From Rhynchobatus australiae (taxonomy: Eukaryota), in NCBI GenBank assembly GCA_034780895.1, contig JAUZTB010000079.1, positions 13,467,732-13,531,731 of the forward strand: DNA of 64,000 bases, in the 5' to 3' direction. This document shows positions 62,480 through 64,000 of this stretch, one piece after another. Made by a program: the position numbers and the translations under genes. Under the pieces are notes generated by a model. It saw only the letters and a list, made by a program, of their open reading frames with translations, did no database searches and had not been told where the DNA came from. How positions within the stretch are numbered: position 1 is the stretch's first letter; each line of letters starts with the position of its first letter.

Positions 62480-63560
62480 TGCTGGCAATATTGGTCTGGG
62501 AGAGGATGCTGACATTGGTTTGCTTATCCTGCCAATGGATTTGGAGGTCTTTGCAGGCACAGCTGTGGTCATATCTTTCTGATACTTGGTGATGCCTGCT
62601 GTAAAAAGTATCTCTGAACACTATGGGAGGGCAAGGCTCAGTGCCTGTGAGCTTTGTCAGGTTTGAGCCCTTGATCCTCAAGCACCCTTTTCCTCAGACT
62701 CTTGACACAATGAAATCAAAGGTGAATTTCATCATCAATGTCTATTTTCACAGAGGTAACTCCAAAGAGGTGAAGTAGTCAATATTTTCCAGTGTCTCTT
62801 CTTGGGCCTTCATTGTTTGAGAGCAATGTTATACTGTAGGGGCTGGTTGATTGAAGACCTTTTGTTTGGCAGACCCATCTTCCCTGCAATGGTTAAAGAA
62901 TCATTGCAAACTTGGAGCTTGGTTTCCAAATGTGTCCATTAGCAAACATCTGTGTGCATTGCAGCTCTGACATTTTAGTGTGACTGATTCTGGAGTGCAG
63001 ATGATGTAGATTGAATCACCACCCATTTGTCCTGTCTATTAAGTGTCCTTCAGTGAGAAACTTGGAGGGTGAAGCAAAGATTTGTGGCAAGAAAGACTGA
63101 GAAAAATGTTGGGGTGATGATGCAGTCTTGATCTCAGTCTGCACTGAGATGAGGTCTGTTGTGGACTTGGTTAAGATACTGTGGGCAGGCCATGTCATTC
63201 TCTTGCCTGACACCAGTCTCCTGAGCAACTACTTTGTTCAGTGCTCCATCATAATAAGAAAATATCAGATGAGCAGAGAAAAGGATTCAAGGACATCTCA
63301 AAACTTTGAAAAGGTCGAACAATTTATGGGAATCCCAGGCCCATGACTGTTCTATGCTGAGGGACTGCCTGGGGGCAGAAGGGGAGCGTCTTTGACCAAT
63401 GTGTTCATTTTCATCAAAGTGCTTTGGGACAAGAGATGCTGAATACCAAATCTAGGTTTGTAACTGTGGAAATGTTGGGTTTTGAATGGTTCATGTCAGT
63501 GAAGTGGTGGATAAAGTCAGAGGAATTGAAGGGAATGCTTGAACACTCTGCCAGTCATAA
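62480..63560 (-). mobile_element. Decayed RTE-clade LINE RT fragment
   Basis: KRVLEDQGLKP-like and RT-region remnants on the minus strand. Confidence 0.5.
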
Positions 63561-63589
63561 TGGTGCAGTGCATGTAAATGGCCTGACAT

Positions 63590-64000
63590 CAAATGGATCC
63601 TTGACTTCTTCCTTGGGAGACCGCAGTCAATGCAGATCAGTAATAAAGCTCCTCACAGACAATCAACACAGATGCACCTCAAGGATGTGTGCTTAGACCA
63701 TTACTCTCTACACTCATGACTGTGGCTAGGCACAGAACAAATGCCATCCATAATTTCACAGATGACACCACTGTTGTTGGCAGAATCTCAGATGGTGATG
63801 AGGCCTACAGGAGTGAGAGATCAGCTGGTTGAGAGGTGTCACCACAACAATAACCTCACTCGATGTCAGCAAGACCAAGGAACTGATTGTGGACTTCAGG
63901 AAGGTGAAGTGGGGAGAATACACACCAGTCCTCACTGAGGGGTCAGTGGTGGAAAGGGTGAGCAGCTTCAAGTTCGTGGGCATCAACATCTCAATGTATC
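63590..64000 (+). mobile_element. Rex1/Babar-like LINE RT fragment (runs off window)
   Basis: FTDDTTVVGRISDGDEAY; KTKELIVDFRK; VERVSSFKFVGINIS. Confidence 0.8.

Noticed and set aside
1-64000. CRISPR array, operon or other prokaryotic system
   Set aside because: Spliced vertebrate genes and retroelements throughout; no regularly spaced repeat-spacer array seen.

Overview
Vertebrate nuclear genomic DNA, most likely a cartilaginous fish (ray/shark). That assignment is inferred from the repeat landscape: CR1, V-SINE, Deu-domain SINE, Penelope, Rex1/Babar and RTE. It is a draft assembly with 8 N-gaps. Two genes lie on the minus strand. The first is one internal exon of EDC3 (19152-19462), with 1-19151 apparently a large EDC3 intron. 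The second is a complete 7-exon CYP1A gene (CDS 46869->34412, 526 aa, non-coding exon 1, TATA/CCAAT promoter at ~47.6 kb). The EDC3-CYP1A order and orientation match human EDC3-CYP1A1. Most interesting observations: (1) a family of Penelope-derived palindromic elements carrying minimal hammerhead-ribozyme cores, with one copy retaining all catalytic nucleotides ~0.7 kb upstream of the CYP1A TSS and one forming a 56-bp hairpin in CYP1A intron 5; (2) a dense cluster of 11 TNGCGTG xenobiotic-response elements ~4.7-7.7 kb upstream of CYP1A, beyond a block of nested retroelements; (3) a stop-free in-frame intron 2 in CYP1A; (4) a 77-nt partial duplicate of the EDC3 exon at a gap. Repeat boundaries and family names were judged by eye and are approximate.
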